64,000 nt of DNA from the human T2T-CHM13v2.0 reference genome, Homo sapiens. The notes under the pieces are model-generated. The model did no database searches and had not been told where the DNA came from. It saw only the letters and a program-made list of their open reading frames with translations. The DNA lies in NCBI RefSeq assembly GCF_009914755.1, contig NC_060936.1, one strand, 5' to 3'. Position numbers and translations under genes: made by a program. Numbering within the stretch: the first letter of the stretch is position 1; every line of letters starts with the position of its first letter. Positions 28,694-46,419 of this stretch are shown here, one piece after another.

Positions 28694-29859
28694 TAACTTC
28701 CCTTTTTAAGTTGTGGTTAGTATCATCAGTATTTCCTATTTACTTTGAGTATCCATGGACTTTTAGACAGCATCTTGATTAATAGAAATAATGGTAATGG
28801 TGTCACTGACAAGTTATCTGTTGTAAATATATATGCTTACATTGATGCATATGTAAACTGTAAAATGTGCAAATGATGAAGCAGTCTGTTGGCACTTTTG
28901 GCATAAACTCTCACATTTAACATAGAATAAAGTTTTATTTTAACAGAATAAATATCTCAGGCATGGTGGCTTATGTGGTAAAATCCCAGGGTAGTTATTA
29001 GGTGAGTTGTTTGTAAATGATAAGAATAAAAATTATTTTCCAGTAAAATGCCACTGATCTATGAAGGTACCAAAAGTTTAATTTATTATTTAAATGAGGA
29101 AAAGAATGGGAAACTTGGCACTTTGATTTAAGATGGTAATTTTATCTAATGAATACATATCTAAGACATAATATTAGGAATATCACTCCGTAATACTGTA
29201 GTAGATCTGGAAATGATGATAATTTAAATCGGGCAATTTCAGGTCTAGCATAGTTAGTGGGTACCCAAAAAGTTCCTAGATGCTTAGTGAAGCTTCTTTA
29301 TTAACACATTCAAATCAGCAAGTATTTGTATGCCTTCTTTGTGCTTTGAGCTGAGCTTGTTTTGGGTGCCAGAGTATAATTATAAAAATAGTTTTGTTAA
29401 ACTGTTAGGTTAATTCTAATTGTTCTCTGTTTTAAATGGCATTACATTCATCTTTATGCATATAGCTCTTTGATTAGGATAGCTTGCCCAGGCGTCACAG
29501 GTGGATGATACGCAGTTTTCTGGCATGCAACAGGTATTACCATGTTGCCTTCTCAATTGTCATTTCAATTTACCTGCTACTGTGAGTGCTTGAGGTAATG
29601 ATGTCTTCAGCACTGGATTTTATAATTTAAAGCCATTTTTTTCTGGTCAAAGTCTAAAAAAAAATTGTGTCTTTATTATATGGAGATTAATTTTTTACAC
29701 ATATATCCTTATTAAATTATCATTACTTTTACATTAGAATTTAATGTCATCCTTAGTTTAATGAAATTTTCAGTATCATAGTTGATGTCCCAGAATCAAA
29801 CTACAGGATTAGGTAGTCTTCGTATCTAGACTGATGTGTAGGAGATATGATTAGTCTTA

Positions 29860-30170
<311 letters not shown>

Positions 30171-30519
30171 TCATTTTGGAGATTCCCTCCCACCCAACCC
30201 CCAATATCGTTAGTATTTTTTTGCATGTAACATTTACTGTTTATTCTGCCTACTTTCTGCCATCATCATAGTTTTAACATTGGTGCTATAGCATATTTAT
30301 GTCAGCTTTATGACTTACTAAGTTTTAGGACTAACTTCAGGATTGACGTGTGTAGACAACATGTACAAGATTCTTGTGAAAGACTATCTGTCTAGGAACA
30401 TGACTACTGCCTACATTCTAGGAGATGCCTTCTATGGAGCAGTGTTCTATGAAGGGTGGTGTGCCCTACAGGGTGCAAAAGATGAACACTTGGAGAGCAG
30501 GAAGCAGGTACTAGACCTT

Positions 30520-30749
30520 GGAGTTCAAGACCAGCCTGACCAACACGGAGAAACCCCGTCTCTACTAAAAATACAAAATTAGCCGATACTGGTGGCACAT
30601 GCCGGTAATCACAGCTACTTGGGAGGCTGAGGCAGGACAATCGCTTGAACCCGGTAGTCGGAGGTTGTGGTGAGCCAACATAGCGCCATTTCACTCCAGT
30701 CTGGGCAACAAGAGTGAAACTCCATCTCAAAAAACAACAACAAAAAACC
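30520..30749 (+). mobile_element. AluSp-like, 5'-truncated
   Basis: cagcctgaccaacacggagaaacccc...gggcaacaagagtgaaactcc. Confidence 0.93.
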
Positions 30750-31048
30750 AGCCCTGGCATTCCTAATATTTTTGTCCTTTTTCTAGCATTTTTTTCCATC
30801 TATGTGTCAGATACATCTATCTATATGGTATATGTATGGAATTCTGAGGAGAGAACAGAGACTGGACAATGCAAGCTCACTTGTCTGTTTTTGTGTCCAT
30901 GGCATTTTAAGCATGGCTGGTTAAGTGGACTGAGATGATGTTATTTTAGATAGTGGAATTCTGGCAATACTTGGTAATAAGTGACCACAAACATCATAAG
31001 CTATTTAATGGCACGATATTTAAACAAGTTGTGAGACTAAAGATACTA

Positions 31049-31393
<345 letters not shown>

Positions 31394-31758
31394 GCCTCCC
31401 CACCGCCGCCCCCACCATGTGCCCATTTGCTAACCTTTCATGTGAAGACAAGTGTCTGTCAGTAAATATTTAGCAGGTTCTTACTTAGCAGATATATTTG
31501 GAAAACACAGTCTGTCCCTTTGAGGTACAGGTGACATTTGAATGAGTTAGAAAGTAACTGCAATCAGGAGCAGCAGAAAAGTACACTATAGACAGAGCAT
31601 TTTTGAAATGATTGTTTGGAAATGTTCCATTATTGTGTAATTTTATCACTACAATGGATGTATCTTTTATTTTTAAAATCTTATTTTTTAAAAAACTTAT
31701 TTCTGCAAGTACACTCAAACTTACATACAGATCTTTTTAACTGTCTTTTAAAATCTTC

Positions 31759-31906
31759 GGCCAGGTGCACTGGCTCACACATGTAACTCCCAGCACTTTG
31801 GGAGGCTGAGTCAGGAGGATCACTTGAGGCCAGGAGTTTGAGACCAGCCTGGGCAACACAGCAAGACCTTGCCTCTGCTTAAAAATAAAATAAAATAAAA
31901 AAATAA
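31759..31906 (+). mobile_element. Alu left monomer (FLAM_C/AluJ)
   Basis: monomer followed by (AAAAT)n. Confidence 0.9.
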
Positions 31907-31907
31907 A

Positions 31908-32241
<334 letters not shown>

Positions 32242-32676
32242 TTAGAGTAAGTTTTGAAAAATAATGTAATATCTTCTGAGATATTACTATAGATGGAAAT
32301 TTGCCAGAATAATTTTGAGAAAAACCTTTGTATAACTGGTAGATGGTATTTAAAAATAGGTATTGTGACTTAGTAAGTGCATCCAGTGATAGACTTCTTC
32401 CCTTTAGGACGATGAATCTCTCTTCATGGCAGTCATTGAAACTAAGTATGGAAGTAAACTGAGATAGATTTACTCTTCCAAATTGCTGTATTGTGAAATA
32501 TTTTACAATTTCTTTTTAAATAAACGAATACAAGAGCTTTAAAGAGATTTTAAATGTTTTTGAGTTTTAGCATTTACCTTAAAAGATTTTTTAAAAACAA
32601 GCAGATTCAGTCACATTGTTCTCTTAACAATAGTATTTTTACCTCTACCTTGCCCTATTTTAAGTTCTATTGTGGG

Positions 32677-32986
32677 TTTTTTTGTTTTTTGTTTTTTTTT
32701 TTTAGAGATGGAGTCTCGCTCTGTCGCCCAGGCTGGAGTGCAGTGGTGCAATCTTGGCTCACTGCAAGCTCTGCTTCCCGGTTTCACGCCATTCTCCTCC
32801 CTCAGCCTCCTGAGTAGCTGGGATGACAGGTGCCCACCACCACGCCTGGCTAATTTTTTTGTATTTTTAGTAGAGATAGGGTTTCACCGTGTTAGCCAGG
32901 ATGGTCTCGATCTCCTGACCTCGTGATCCACCCGCCTCGGCCTCCCAAAGTGCTGGGATTACAGGCATGAGCCACCGCGCCTGGCC
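32677..32986 (-). mobile_element. AluY
   Basis: gcaagctc, tcacgccattctcc, gttagccaggatggtctcgatc. Confidence 0.97.
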
Positions 32987-33357
32987 TATTTTTGTGTTTT
33001 AAAGTGTGTATCTTAATACAGGAATGCTTGTATCTAACTCTTACCTACATTGTGTGCGAATATGCATACTAGGGGATGCATGCCCAGGATTTATTCTGAT
33101 AGGGATGTGCCCTCAAGAAGTTTAGAGATAAAGTATTCTAGAAAGCCTTCTCTTACCCTCCGCTCTGTACCTCCAGCAGTCACAGAGCCTCAGCCAAACT
33201 TGTCAATTACTATTTTACTTGTTTGCTCTCCCTTTGGTTCCTCGAGAAGGAACTATTTAATGAGACTGTATAAAGTGTTTGAAAACAATGTGCATGGGAC
33301 CCATAATAATGAACAGGACAGACAGGGTCCCTGTCCTCTAGAAAAAAGGACATTGCA

Positions 33358-33658
<301 letters not shown>

Positions 33659-35536
33659 TTAATTACGTTTGTGAAGAAATGTTCAAAGGAAACAACCCAC
33701 AGGGAATAATTAGACTTAGTCATATGTAGAGACCTTAACGTCACAGGAACTGAAAAAGCTGGTGTGGCTGAACTGATGGGCAGGACTTTATAAAAAACAT
33801 TCCCAAGTCCCTAACAATGTGTCCTGTATACTATATTGAGTCCCATATGGGGCTCAGTAATTCTTTGTAAATAAACAAATACAACATCTTTAGAAGGGAT
33901 TTTAAATGTTTTTGAGTTTTAGCATTTACTTTAAAAAATATTGTTTTCTAGTTTGCCATAGGTTACTCTAATTTCTGCTGTTTTAAACTCGAATCCTTAC
34001 CCATTTGTGGCAAATAACATTTGCCTCTGCTATCCTGTGCAGAGGATGAAGATAAGCCATACTCCATGAACAGTGAACTGTTTACTAATACGAGATTATT
34101 TAAGTTCCACTACTGATGAACTGTTGTGTCTTAAAGGCTATATAGGTATTTTATAATCCTTAGCATAGTACCGAAGACCTGTTTGTTTCAACATGATTAC
34201 TAAAGTTGACAATATATAGATTGCCAAAATAATAATTAGAAAATTCCAAGCAAATAAATTTATAATTTATTTAGTACCCATTTAAACGTGCATATGATGG
34301 AAATGAGCTGTTTTTTAAAAAATTAGTTCCCTTTTTATCTTTGACCTTATTTCCTACCACAAATTCAGTAACTTACAAAGATATTTAAAAGCTGACTAAA
34401 TTTGCATCTACTAATATTCTTTTTTCTTTGGAATATTATTACTGTAATATACTTCTGAGATTGTATTAAAAAAGAAACTGCATGTGTAAGATTATCATTA
34501 TCTGTTGTGGGTGGGGGTGGATACGTAGAGTGGATGATTTGCAAAAGACAGGAAGATCCTCGTTATATTTAGGGTATCTTTTCTTTCCACATTCTGAATT
34601 TGGCCTTTAAGAATATTCGGGCCAACACAAAAGGCCCAAGTTGCTGCTGTTACCCCAGCAAGCTGTGCGTTAGGGTCTTGGGGGAAGGAAGATGATAATT
34701 AGAAGAAATTTGGATCAGGCAGCTCATCAAAAAATAGAGAAATGAAAGCCTTCCTTCTTCTCTCTCAAGTTAGTAGCAAGTAACTGACTGTACTTTATCC
34801 TTTGTGTGACCTGGCAGGGGCAGAACTAACGTTTTATTTTCTTGAAGTCTCAGAGGAGCCTTTTCTGGAAGCTGCATGGTTATTTCAAAGTTGGAAAAAA
34901 TAATAGGTTCCTGTGGAAATTTATGAAAACATTTTTTCTTGACTTCCTTCTCAAAACCTTGGGTGATTGATAGAGGGAGCATGGTTTAGGAACCATATTT
35001 TGAAAGCAAAGTGGCAAGAGATGAGGGGTAGAGCCTTCAGGCCTTCTGTGAAATTGAGATTGCGTTCTAAGTGCAGTATGCAGCCACTGAGGCTTTTGGC
35101 AGGCACTGATGAACACTTCTGTAAACCACAGTGTTTGCAAGTCTGCCACCAATTTCCTTGCTACAAAGCCTGAAATAATATCCTTTCCCTCCTTTTGATG
35201 CCTAATGAAATCCTACTTATCCTTCAACATAAAGTTCAATCTTCCCTTCTTCAGTGAAGGAGGTAGCTATCTGGACATTTAGGAAGGAGAGCATGAACTG
35301 AAAAGGGAACTTGGTACTGGAATCTTCTGCATAGTGGAGTAGCTGTAAACCCCCTCCCGGGTCTGTTCCCCAGAGCAGAGAGTGAAAAAAGAGAACAGAG
35401 AGGAATAGTACAAGCAGTGGAGTATCTATCATAGAGTTGACTAAGCATGAGCATACAAGCTGGGAAGAAGCAAGGAGAGGCTGCTGAGGTTGGGGAGCAT
35501 AAATTTATGGCAGAGAATGTTTGCAGTTTTTGAAAG

Positions 35537-35690
35537 TGTGGTAAAATGTGCATGACATTTACTATTTTGAATATTTTTAAGTGTGTGGTTCTGTGGCATT
35601 AAATACATTTATATTGTAGTACAGCCACCACCACCATCCATCTTTAGAATTTTTTCATCCTTCCCAACTGAAACTCTGTACTCATTAATG
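35537..35690 (-). mobile_element. L1MB-like 3' fragment
   Basis: gtggcattaaatacattt...ccaccatccatctttagaattttttcatcc...ctgaaactctgtactcattaa. Confidence 0.8.
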
Positions 35691-35943
35691 TAGTAGTTTT
35701 AAGCTAGCAATACATGACAACCTCAGAACTAGAACTGTATATGGGTGGACCGAGGACTGTCATGGTAGGTATGGATGAAAGAGATGGGGTTAAAGGACTC
35801 TAAAATGCTACACAACGCATTTACTGTTTGCAGGTGGATGAAGCTAAGGGACTGACACGGAGGGATGGAGCAGAGAAGAGAAATAAACTTTTATCTGCTT
35901 GCATTTAAGTGAATGATTTACATTCAGAAAATACATAGCTCTG

Positions 35944-36281
<338 letters not shown>

Positions 36282-36365
36282 CTACTGGAATCCAAAGAAA
36301 TTAATAGTAAAGATAATAATAGTTATAATTAAACACCATGTTTGTGCTTAGAAGTAAGATAAATT

Positions 36366-36762
<397 letters not shown>

Positions 36763-36802
36763 CTATAATTCAAATAAAAAAAAAAAAAACAGAAAAAAAT
36801 AT

Positions 36803-37090
36803 GTGGCAGGCTCACGCCTGCAATCCCAGCACTTTGGGGGGCCAAGATGGGAGGACCGCTTGAGCCTAGGAGTTTGAGATCATCCTTGACAACACAGGGA
36901 GACTCTGACTCTACAAAAAAATGAAAAATTATCTGGGCATGGTGACATGTGCCTGTAGTCTCAGCTACTTAAGAGGCTGAGGTGGGAGGATTGCTTGAGC
37001 ATGGGAGGTCAAGGCTGCAGTGAGCTGTGATCACACCACTGCGATCCACCTGGGTGACAGAGTGAGACACTGTTTCAAAAAAAAAAAAAA
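36803..37090 (+). mobile_element. AluJ
   Basis: gaggattgcttgagc...gtcaaggctgcagtgagc. Confidence 0.93.
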
Positions 37091-37743
37091 TGAGCACAGA
37101 GATTACAGAAGCTTTTTAAAAATGACTAATAAACATTTATAAACATAGAAATTGTTGATTAGGAAAATACAAAATTTAAACAATGAGGTGCTGTTGTTCA
37201 GTATGAAATATCTTATGCATATACTAAGTTGTGTGTTTATGTATATGTCTCTAAAGATTGTTTAAAGAACAAGAGCAAAACAGACTTCAAGAATTAGGAT
37301 GTTACCAATACATTTGAAGCCCCTGTGTTCTTCTTTCTTTTTCTACTCCCTATGCCTCCCCACCAGAGGTATCTGCCATCCTGAAATTGTTGTCTAGTGT
37401 ACCTTTGCTTTTCTCCCTCTCCAGAATGAGGGTTTTGTGACCCAACAATCAGATTAGAGTCCTGGCTTGGGCAGGTGCAAGGAGGGCAAAGAGAGAGATT
37501 ATTTTCTGAGGTGTAAAGTGCCCCAGCCTCATAACAAGGCTGTGAGAGTTATGAACCAGAACTGTGGACAAAAATCATAACATCACACCACATATGGCTA
37601 TGTGTCCATAACAACATTTTGGAATGTTTTAAAAGTATATACTATATGTAACTGGAATTGTACTTTATTCTGTGTACTTTATTCATTCCACATTGTTTGT
37701 GAGAATGGCCTATGTCGATGTGTAGCTGTAGTTCATTTGCTTT

Positions 37744-39159
37744 TGAGAGGTGACAGCGTGCTGGCAGTCCTCAGAGCCCTCGCTTGCTCTCAGCACCTCC
37801 CCTGCCTGGGCTCCCACTTTGGTGGCATTTGAGGATCCCTTCAGTCCCCCACTGCACTGTGGGAGCCCCTTTCTGGGCTGGCCAAGGCCGGAGCCCACTC
37901 CCTCAGCTTGCAGGGAGGTGTGGAGGGAGAGGCACGAGCGGGAACCGGGGCTGCGTGTGGCGCTTGTGGGCCAGCTGGAGTTCCAGGTGGGCGTGGGCTT
38001 GGTGGGCCCCGCACTCGGAGCAGCCAGCCAGCCCTGCTGGCCCCAGGCAATGGGGGACTTAGCACCCGGGCCAGTGGCTGCAGAGGGTGTACTGAGTCCC
38101 CCAGCACTGCTGGCCCACCGGCGCTGTGCTCGATTTCTCACCGGGCCTTAGCTGCCTTCCCACGGGGCAGGGCTCGGGACCTACAGCCCGCCATGCCTGA
38201 GCCTCCCACCCACTCCATGGGCTCCTGTGCGGCCCGAGCCTCCGACGAGCACCACCCCCTGCTCCACGGCGCCCAGTCCCATCGACCACCCAAGGGCTGA
38301 GGAATGCGAGCGCAGGGGGCAGGACTGGCAGGCAGCTCCACCTGCAGCCCCGGTGCGGGATCCACTAGGTGAAGCCAGCTGGGCTCCTGAGTCTGGTGGG
38401 GACATGGAGAGTCTTTATATCTAGCTCAGGGATTGTAAATACACCAATCAGCACCCTGTGTTTAGCTCAAGGTTTGTGAGCGCACCAGTCGACACTCTGT
38501 ATCTAGCTGCTCTGGTGAGGACGTGGAGAACCTTTATGTCTAGCTCAAGGATTGTAAATACACCAATCGGCACTCTGTATCTAGCTCAAGGTTTGTAAAC
38601 ACACCAATCAGCACCCTGAGTTTAGCTCAAGGTTTGTGAATGCACCAATCGACACTCTGTATCTAGCTGCTCTAGTGGGGCCTTGGAGAACCTGGGTGTG
38701 GAAACTCTGTATCTAACTAATCTGATGGGGATGTGGAGAACCTTTGTATCTAGCTCAGGGATTGTAAACGCACCAATCAGCGCCCTGACGAAACAGGCCA
38801 CTCGGTCCTACCAATCAGCAGGATGTGGGTGGGGCCAGATAAGAGAATAAAAGCAGGCTGCCCGAGCCAGCATTGGCAACCTGCTCAGGTCCCCTTCCAC
38901 ACTGTGGGAGCTTTGTTCTTTCGCTATTTGCGATAAATCTTGCTGCTGCTCACTCTTTGGGTCCATGCTGCTTTTATGAGCTGTAACACTCACCGCGAAG
39001 ATCTGCAGCTTCACTCCTGAGCCCAGCAAGACCACGAGCCCACTGGGAGGAACGAACAACTCCAGATGCCCCGCCTTAAAAGCTGTAACACTCACCGCAA
39101 GGGTCCGTGGCTTCATTCTTGAAGTCAGTGAGACCAAGAACCCACCAATTCCGAACACA
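37744..39159 (+). mobile_element. solo LTR12C (HERV9 LTR), complete, inserted in an antisense L1ME remnant
   Basis: starts tgagaggtgacagcgtgctggcag, ends ccaattccgaacaca; GC-rich U3, tandem CCAAT repeats, AATAAA box 38846; 4-bp flanks cttt/tttt. Confidence 0.97.
38420..38860 (+). promoter_or_regulatory. LTR12 enhancer/promoter array
   Basis: CCAAT at 38444, 38563, 38604, 38645, 38773, 38811; AGATAA ~38837; AATAAA TATA-equivalent 38846-38851. Confidence 0.85.
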
Positions 39160-39515
39160 TTTTAACTCAGATATAGTATTACGTCGCATGAATATACTTT
39201 AAATTTACTTATCCATATTCTCCCAGCTAACAGTAAAGATTTTAAAAATTAATAATCTAGTATAGATTAATGGTAAAGGGCAGAGAGGATATATATTGAT
39301 ATGTTTTGGAAGGTAAAGTTTTCGGTAAGTTACCAAAATTTGAAATTCATATACCATTGAGCTGTGAAGTCCATATCTGGTAGTCTATCCAAAAGAATAC
39401 TTGTGCAGATATGGAGAAATTTACTAGGATGCTCTTTTAAAAAATAATAAAATTATGTTTGTTAATTAAGTGAATTATGATAGAGTTAAACTGTGGGATA
39501 TTACGCAGTGTTTAA

Positions 39516-39981
<466 letters not shown>

Positions 39982-40204
39982 TATCTTAGTATTTTAATGT
40001 AGTAAGTCAACCACGGTGAGAGGAAATGCTGAAAGAGAAAGTATTACCAACTGAAATCCTTATAGATAAGATCAGAGAGATTGTAAATTGGGGTTTAGGG
40101 ATCAATTTCCTAATTTAGATTAGTATAATGTTTTTATTCTCTAGTATTATATATTTTTTGGTGGAAGAGAATCAAGGGAAGATGACATTACAGATAAAAT
40201 TTCC

Positions 40205-41138
<934 letters not shown>

Positions 41139-41236
41139 CTCTGTGTGTGTGTGACTATAAGTGAACATATAACTAAAGAGGTGATAGAAAACTTTTTTAT
41201 TAATTATTTTTAATATAAATAGATGTTCAAGGATAA

Positions 41237-41677
<441 letters not shown>

Positions 41678-41815
41678 TACTTCCATTATGTTTTCCTACT
41701 CCATTTTCTATCTGATCTGTTAGTTAAATACTAACATTTACTAGGAATAATTTTCCTGTTACTTTTTTGCCAGTATATGCTTATTTGTACATAATTTATT
41801 AAAGCTGACATTGCC

Positions 41816-42124
41816 GGCCGGGCACGGTAGCTCACGCCTGTAATCCCAGCACTTTGGGAGGCTGAGGTGGGCGGATCATGAGGTCAGGAGCTCGAGACCA
41901 GCCTGACCAACATGGTGAAACCCCATCTCTACTAAAAATACAAAAATTAGCCAGACATGGTGGCCCATACCTGTAATCCCAGTTACTCAGGAGGCTGAGG
42001 CAGGAGAATCACTTGAACCTGGGAGGCGGAAGTTGCAGTGAGCCAAAATTGAGCCACTTCACTCCAGCATGGGTGACAGAGTGAGACTCTGTCTAAAAAA
42101 AAAAAAAAATTTAAAAAAAAAAAA
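41816..42124 (+). mobile_element. AluS
   Basis: TSD aaagctgacattgcc. Confidence 0.97.
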
Positions 42125-42449
42125 GCTGACATTGCCAATAGTATGTTAGGTTAATTGGGAAGTCTTCAATTATATGACAGCTAATGTGCCAGTTAGGTTT
42201 AAATAAAAATGCTAAGGCAAACAACTTAGGCTTCCTTTTATTTTTAAACATTGTAGATTTATAGTTTTTATTCACTTCTTTATTTTTAAACATTGTAGAT
42301 ATATAGGTTTTAATCCAGGAAGTGCAGGTTGCCTATAAAATTCTTGATTTCAGATCATTTCCATGGAAAATGGTAAGCTGTTGAATATAATATAGGTAGG
42401 CTTTTATTTTAAAATTTAATATAATAAAAAACATTATTATGAAATATCA

Positions 42450-42782
<333 letters not shown>

Positions 42783-43188
42783 TCAGTGCAATGTGTATCA
42801 AAATAACATTGCTACAAGGAGGGAGAGGTGAAAGGGCTGGATGATAGCCACTAAGTCTTCAGAGCTGGAGGTATTTTATGAATAGCTGTGAGTTCAGTGG
42901 CATGGATTTTAGGTGTTTTTCAAGACTGATATCTATGACAACCTTAAAATCACTAAACATATTTATTTAATAGATCCCTTTTGATATGGTATCATAAACT
43001 TCAGCTTTTACAAATGGATAATGTATGGGGAATTAATTAGATCACTTTTAATAAATTTGCCAAGTTTTTTGTAAATCACAGAAAATGGATTAGTGATTAT
43101 CTCTACTGTTGACAATGAGGAGCATAGTGGATATACCAAAAATTATTTAGGGTTGAGTTTACACTATCTATGACAATCAGTTTCCTAG

Positions 43189-43499
<311 letters not shown>

Positions 43500-43544
43500 C
43501 TCCTAGCCTCTTTTTTAATGAATAAATTGCTTTTATTTGCTTCT

Positions 43545-44085
43545 AAATTTTTTAAAATTAAAAGATAATTTACATACATTAAAATTCAACCTCTTTAGGG
43601 TACAATTCTGAGTTTTGACAAATGCACGCAGTCATATAACCACCACCACCACAATGAAGATACAGAACAGTCCCTTTAGTTCCAAAATTCTGTCATGCCG
43701 TTTTATGAAAAGTCAGTTCCCTTACCACCAGCCCTGGCAACCTTGGATCTGTTTACTATTCCTGTAAGTTTGTCTTTTCCAGAGTGTCTCATTTTATCAC
43801 ATATGTGTAGCCCTTTACGTTGGCTTCTTTCTAATGCACATGCAGGTATCTTTGTTCATCCCTTGTTATTGCTGTGTGGTATGCCATTGTGTGGATGTAC
43901 CACAGTTTGTTTCCCATTCACTACTTGAAGAACAAGTGGGTATTTCTAGTTTTGGATGATTATGAATAAAGGCTCTGTAAACATTTTTTGTCAATGTAAA
44001 TCCTCCTTTTACTTAGGTTAAGTACCTAAGAGTTAGGATTGCTGGCTCATAGGATAAGTGCATTCCCACCTGATGAGAAACTGCT
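43545..44085 (-). mobile_element. L1MB/L1ME 3' fragment
   Basis: gagttttgacaaatgca...ccctggcaacc...gtggatgtaccacagtttg...attatgaataaa. Confidence 0.8.
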
Positions 44086-44273
44086 ATTGCTCCTATTGGG
44101 TAGCCTAGAATTTAGTGTTAAGTTTGTGGTAGATGCTGCAGATTATTACAGATTGTCCACTTGTGGGCAATTGAGAGTCAATCATAATTGTTATATTTTA
44201 TTTTAGTTATCACTTTCTCCTGCAAACCATGTTTTGATTTTTGGCTTTCATCTATAAAGATTAAAAGTGAATA

Positions 44274-44562
44274 CAGTAGTGTCCCTTTATCCACAGGGGA
44301 TGTATTTCAAGACCCTAGTGGATGCCTGAAACTGCATATAGTACTGAACAGTATATATACTATGTTTTCTCCTTTACATCCATAGCTATGATAAAGTTTA
44401 ATTTATAAATTAGTCACAGTAAGAGATTAACAGCAATAGCAATAAAATAGAACAATTATAACAATATACTGTAATAAAGATTATGTGAATGTGGTATCTC
44501 TCTCAAAATATTATATGTAATATTTTCAGACTGAAGTTGATCACAGGTAAAGGGTGACTGCT
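44274..44562. mobile_element. MER2B/Tigger-type element
   Basis: cctttatccacaggggatgtatttcaagaccctagtggatgcctgaaactgc...gataaagtttaatttataaattag. Confidence 0.75.
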
Positions 44563-44609
44563 ATACCATTATATCTTAATTTGTTGTACAACAGTGAATT
44601 TAATATCTT

Positions 44610-44800
44610 AATGGTTATCACTGTACTAGCATGAGTGATCAAGATTTTTGACCTCCTAAACTTAGTTTTCTCTTCTGCAAAATGGTGATAAATTAACACT
44701 ACCTTACAGAGTGATATTCTTCTGTAAGATGGTGATAAATTATTACCCTGCAATAAGGACTTTATGAAATTCTACATGGAAAATGCTTAACATAGCAATG
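44610..44800 (+). mobile_element. MIR
   Basis: cttagttttctcttctgcaaaatggtgataa. Confidence 0.6.
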
Positions 44801-45366
44801 GGCAGAGAGCACATGTTAGCTTTTTTTTTTTTTAAAGTGTTTGTTTTAATACCAAACCTGAGATTACAATTTAAACATTGCTATCAAAGCTCAGGAAGTA
44901 CAGACAGACGTTGGGGCATTTTTGTGACAGGGAAGTATTCTGGTTTTTACATTACTGAAATTTGCTAAGGCTAAGTGGTCTTGGAACCAAACCTAAACAG
45001 ATTCTCTGCCACAGTGAAATTTTAACACATATGGGTGGAGTTTGCAAAGGAGTTAAAAACAATTCAGGTTTCTTCTCTTTGACTTTTTTCTCCATGTACT
45101 ATTACCCTATTCTGTATCAGATTAATTGTAAAGCTTATTTATTTATGCCTTATATACACATTTCTGTTATTAAAAAAGTACCACTTTCATTAGAATGATT
45201 GACAACCTTTGTGTCCTGATGGGGAGCTTGTGTTGAAGTGGGAGAACAAACCCCTCACACCTCATCCTCAGCACTGTATTGGCTCCTGCCTGACATCCAT
45301 CAGCTCCTAGCAGGTGTGCAATTTAGCAAGTCCTTTAATCCTCCCTAACCCAGCAATTCACTGCCC

Positions 45367-45560
45367 CAGTGGTTCTCAAAGTGTGATTCCTGGAGTGAAG
45401 GCCCAGGTCAGCAGTGTCACTGTCACCTGGGAGCTTGTTAGAAATGCAAATTATGTGGCCCCACCATGCACTGAATCTGACTTTGATAGGGCACTCAGTG
45501 ATGTATGTCTTGATAACCCAGTAGGTGATTCAAGTGCACACTAGAGAGAGGGAACTACTG
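45367..45560. mobile_element. MER5A
   Basis: cagtggttctcaaagtgtg...cacctgggagcttgttagaaatgcaaatt...gaactactg. Confidence 0.85.
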
Positions 45561-45643
45561 TGTCTGGACACAAAGAGGAGGGGGTTGGAGAGGTTATTTT
45601 CCCCAGTGAGGGAGAATGTCTGTAACCTGTTAACTCATTATGA

Positions 45644-45976
<333 letters not shown>

Positions 45977-46419
45977 TAATCTGACATTTTCTGATTTTTC
46001 AAGGCCATGAGAAATTACTAATGTACTTATAAAGACAGATAAAAATGAGTAATAAATATTTTACCAGTTAAACTATGTTTTGAAATAACATATACGACTT
46101 GTTTTCCTTAGGAAATTTGTATGTAGTATTTATTAATTCTGTATTATTTAGTCACTGAAATCAATGAGCTATGCTGGAAAGGAAAACATAAATGGGATAT
46201 TTGAGGTCATTCAAAATGAGATTTTAACATCTTAAGCTTGTGAATCATGAATCTGTAACCAACATCTTTGGTCCAGGGCAGGAGCCCTGTTAAAATAGAA
46301 ACAAACTGTTTTCCCATTAGCTTTTTTAGAGCATTACTAATAGTTAAGGCATTAGTCCATTTAGAAATCGCCCTATTCCCAGCTGTACTTTGAATGCTTT
46401 TAAAGGTTCCATGTGCCTC

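Noticed and set aside
38420-38820. Regularly spaced direct repeats superficially like a CRISPR array
   Set aside because: Known LTR12 U3 tandem enhancer repeats; spacers are not unique and the context is eukaryotic.
37710-39158. Cluster of overlapping GC-rich ORFs and CpG-island-like composition
   Set aside because: All lie within LTR12C; scarcity of stops follows from GC content. It is not a host-gene CpG island.
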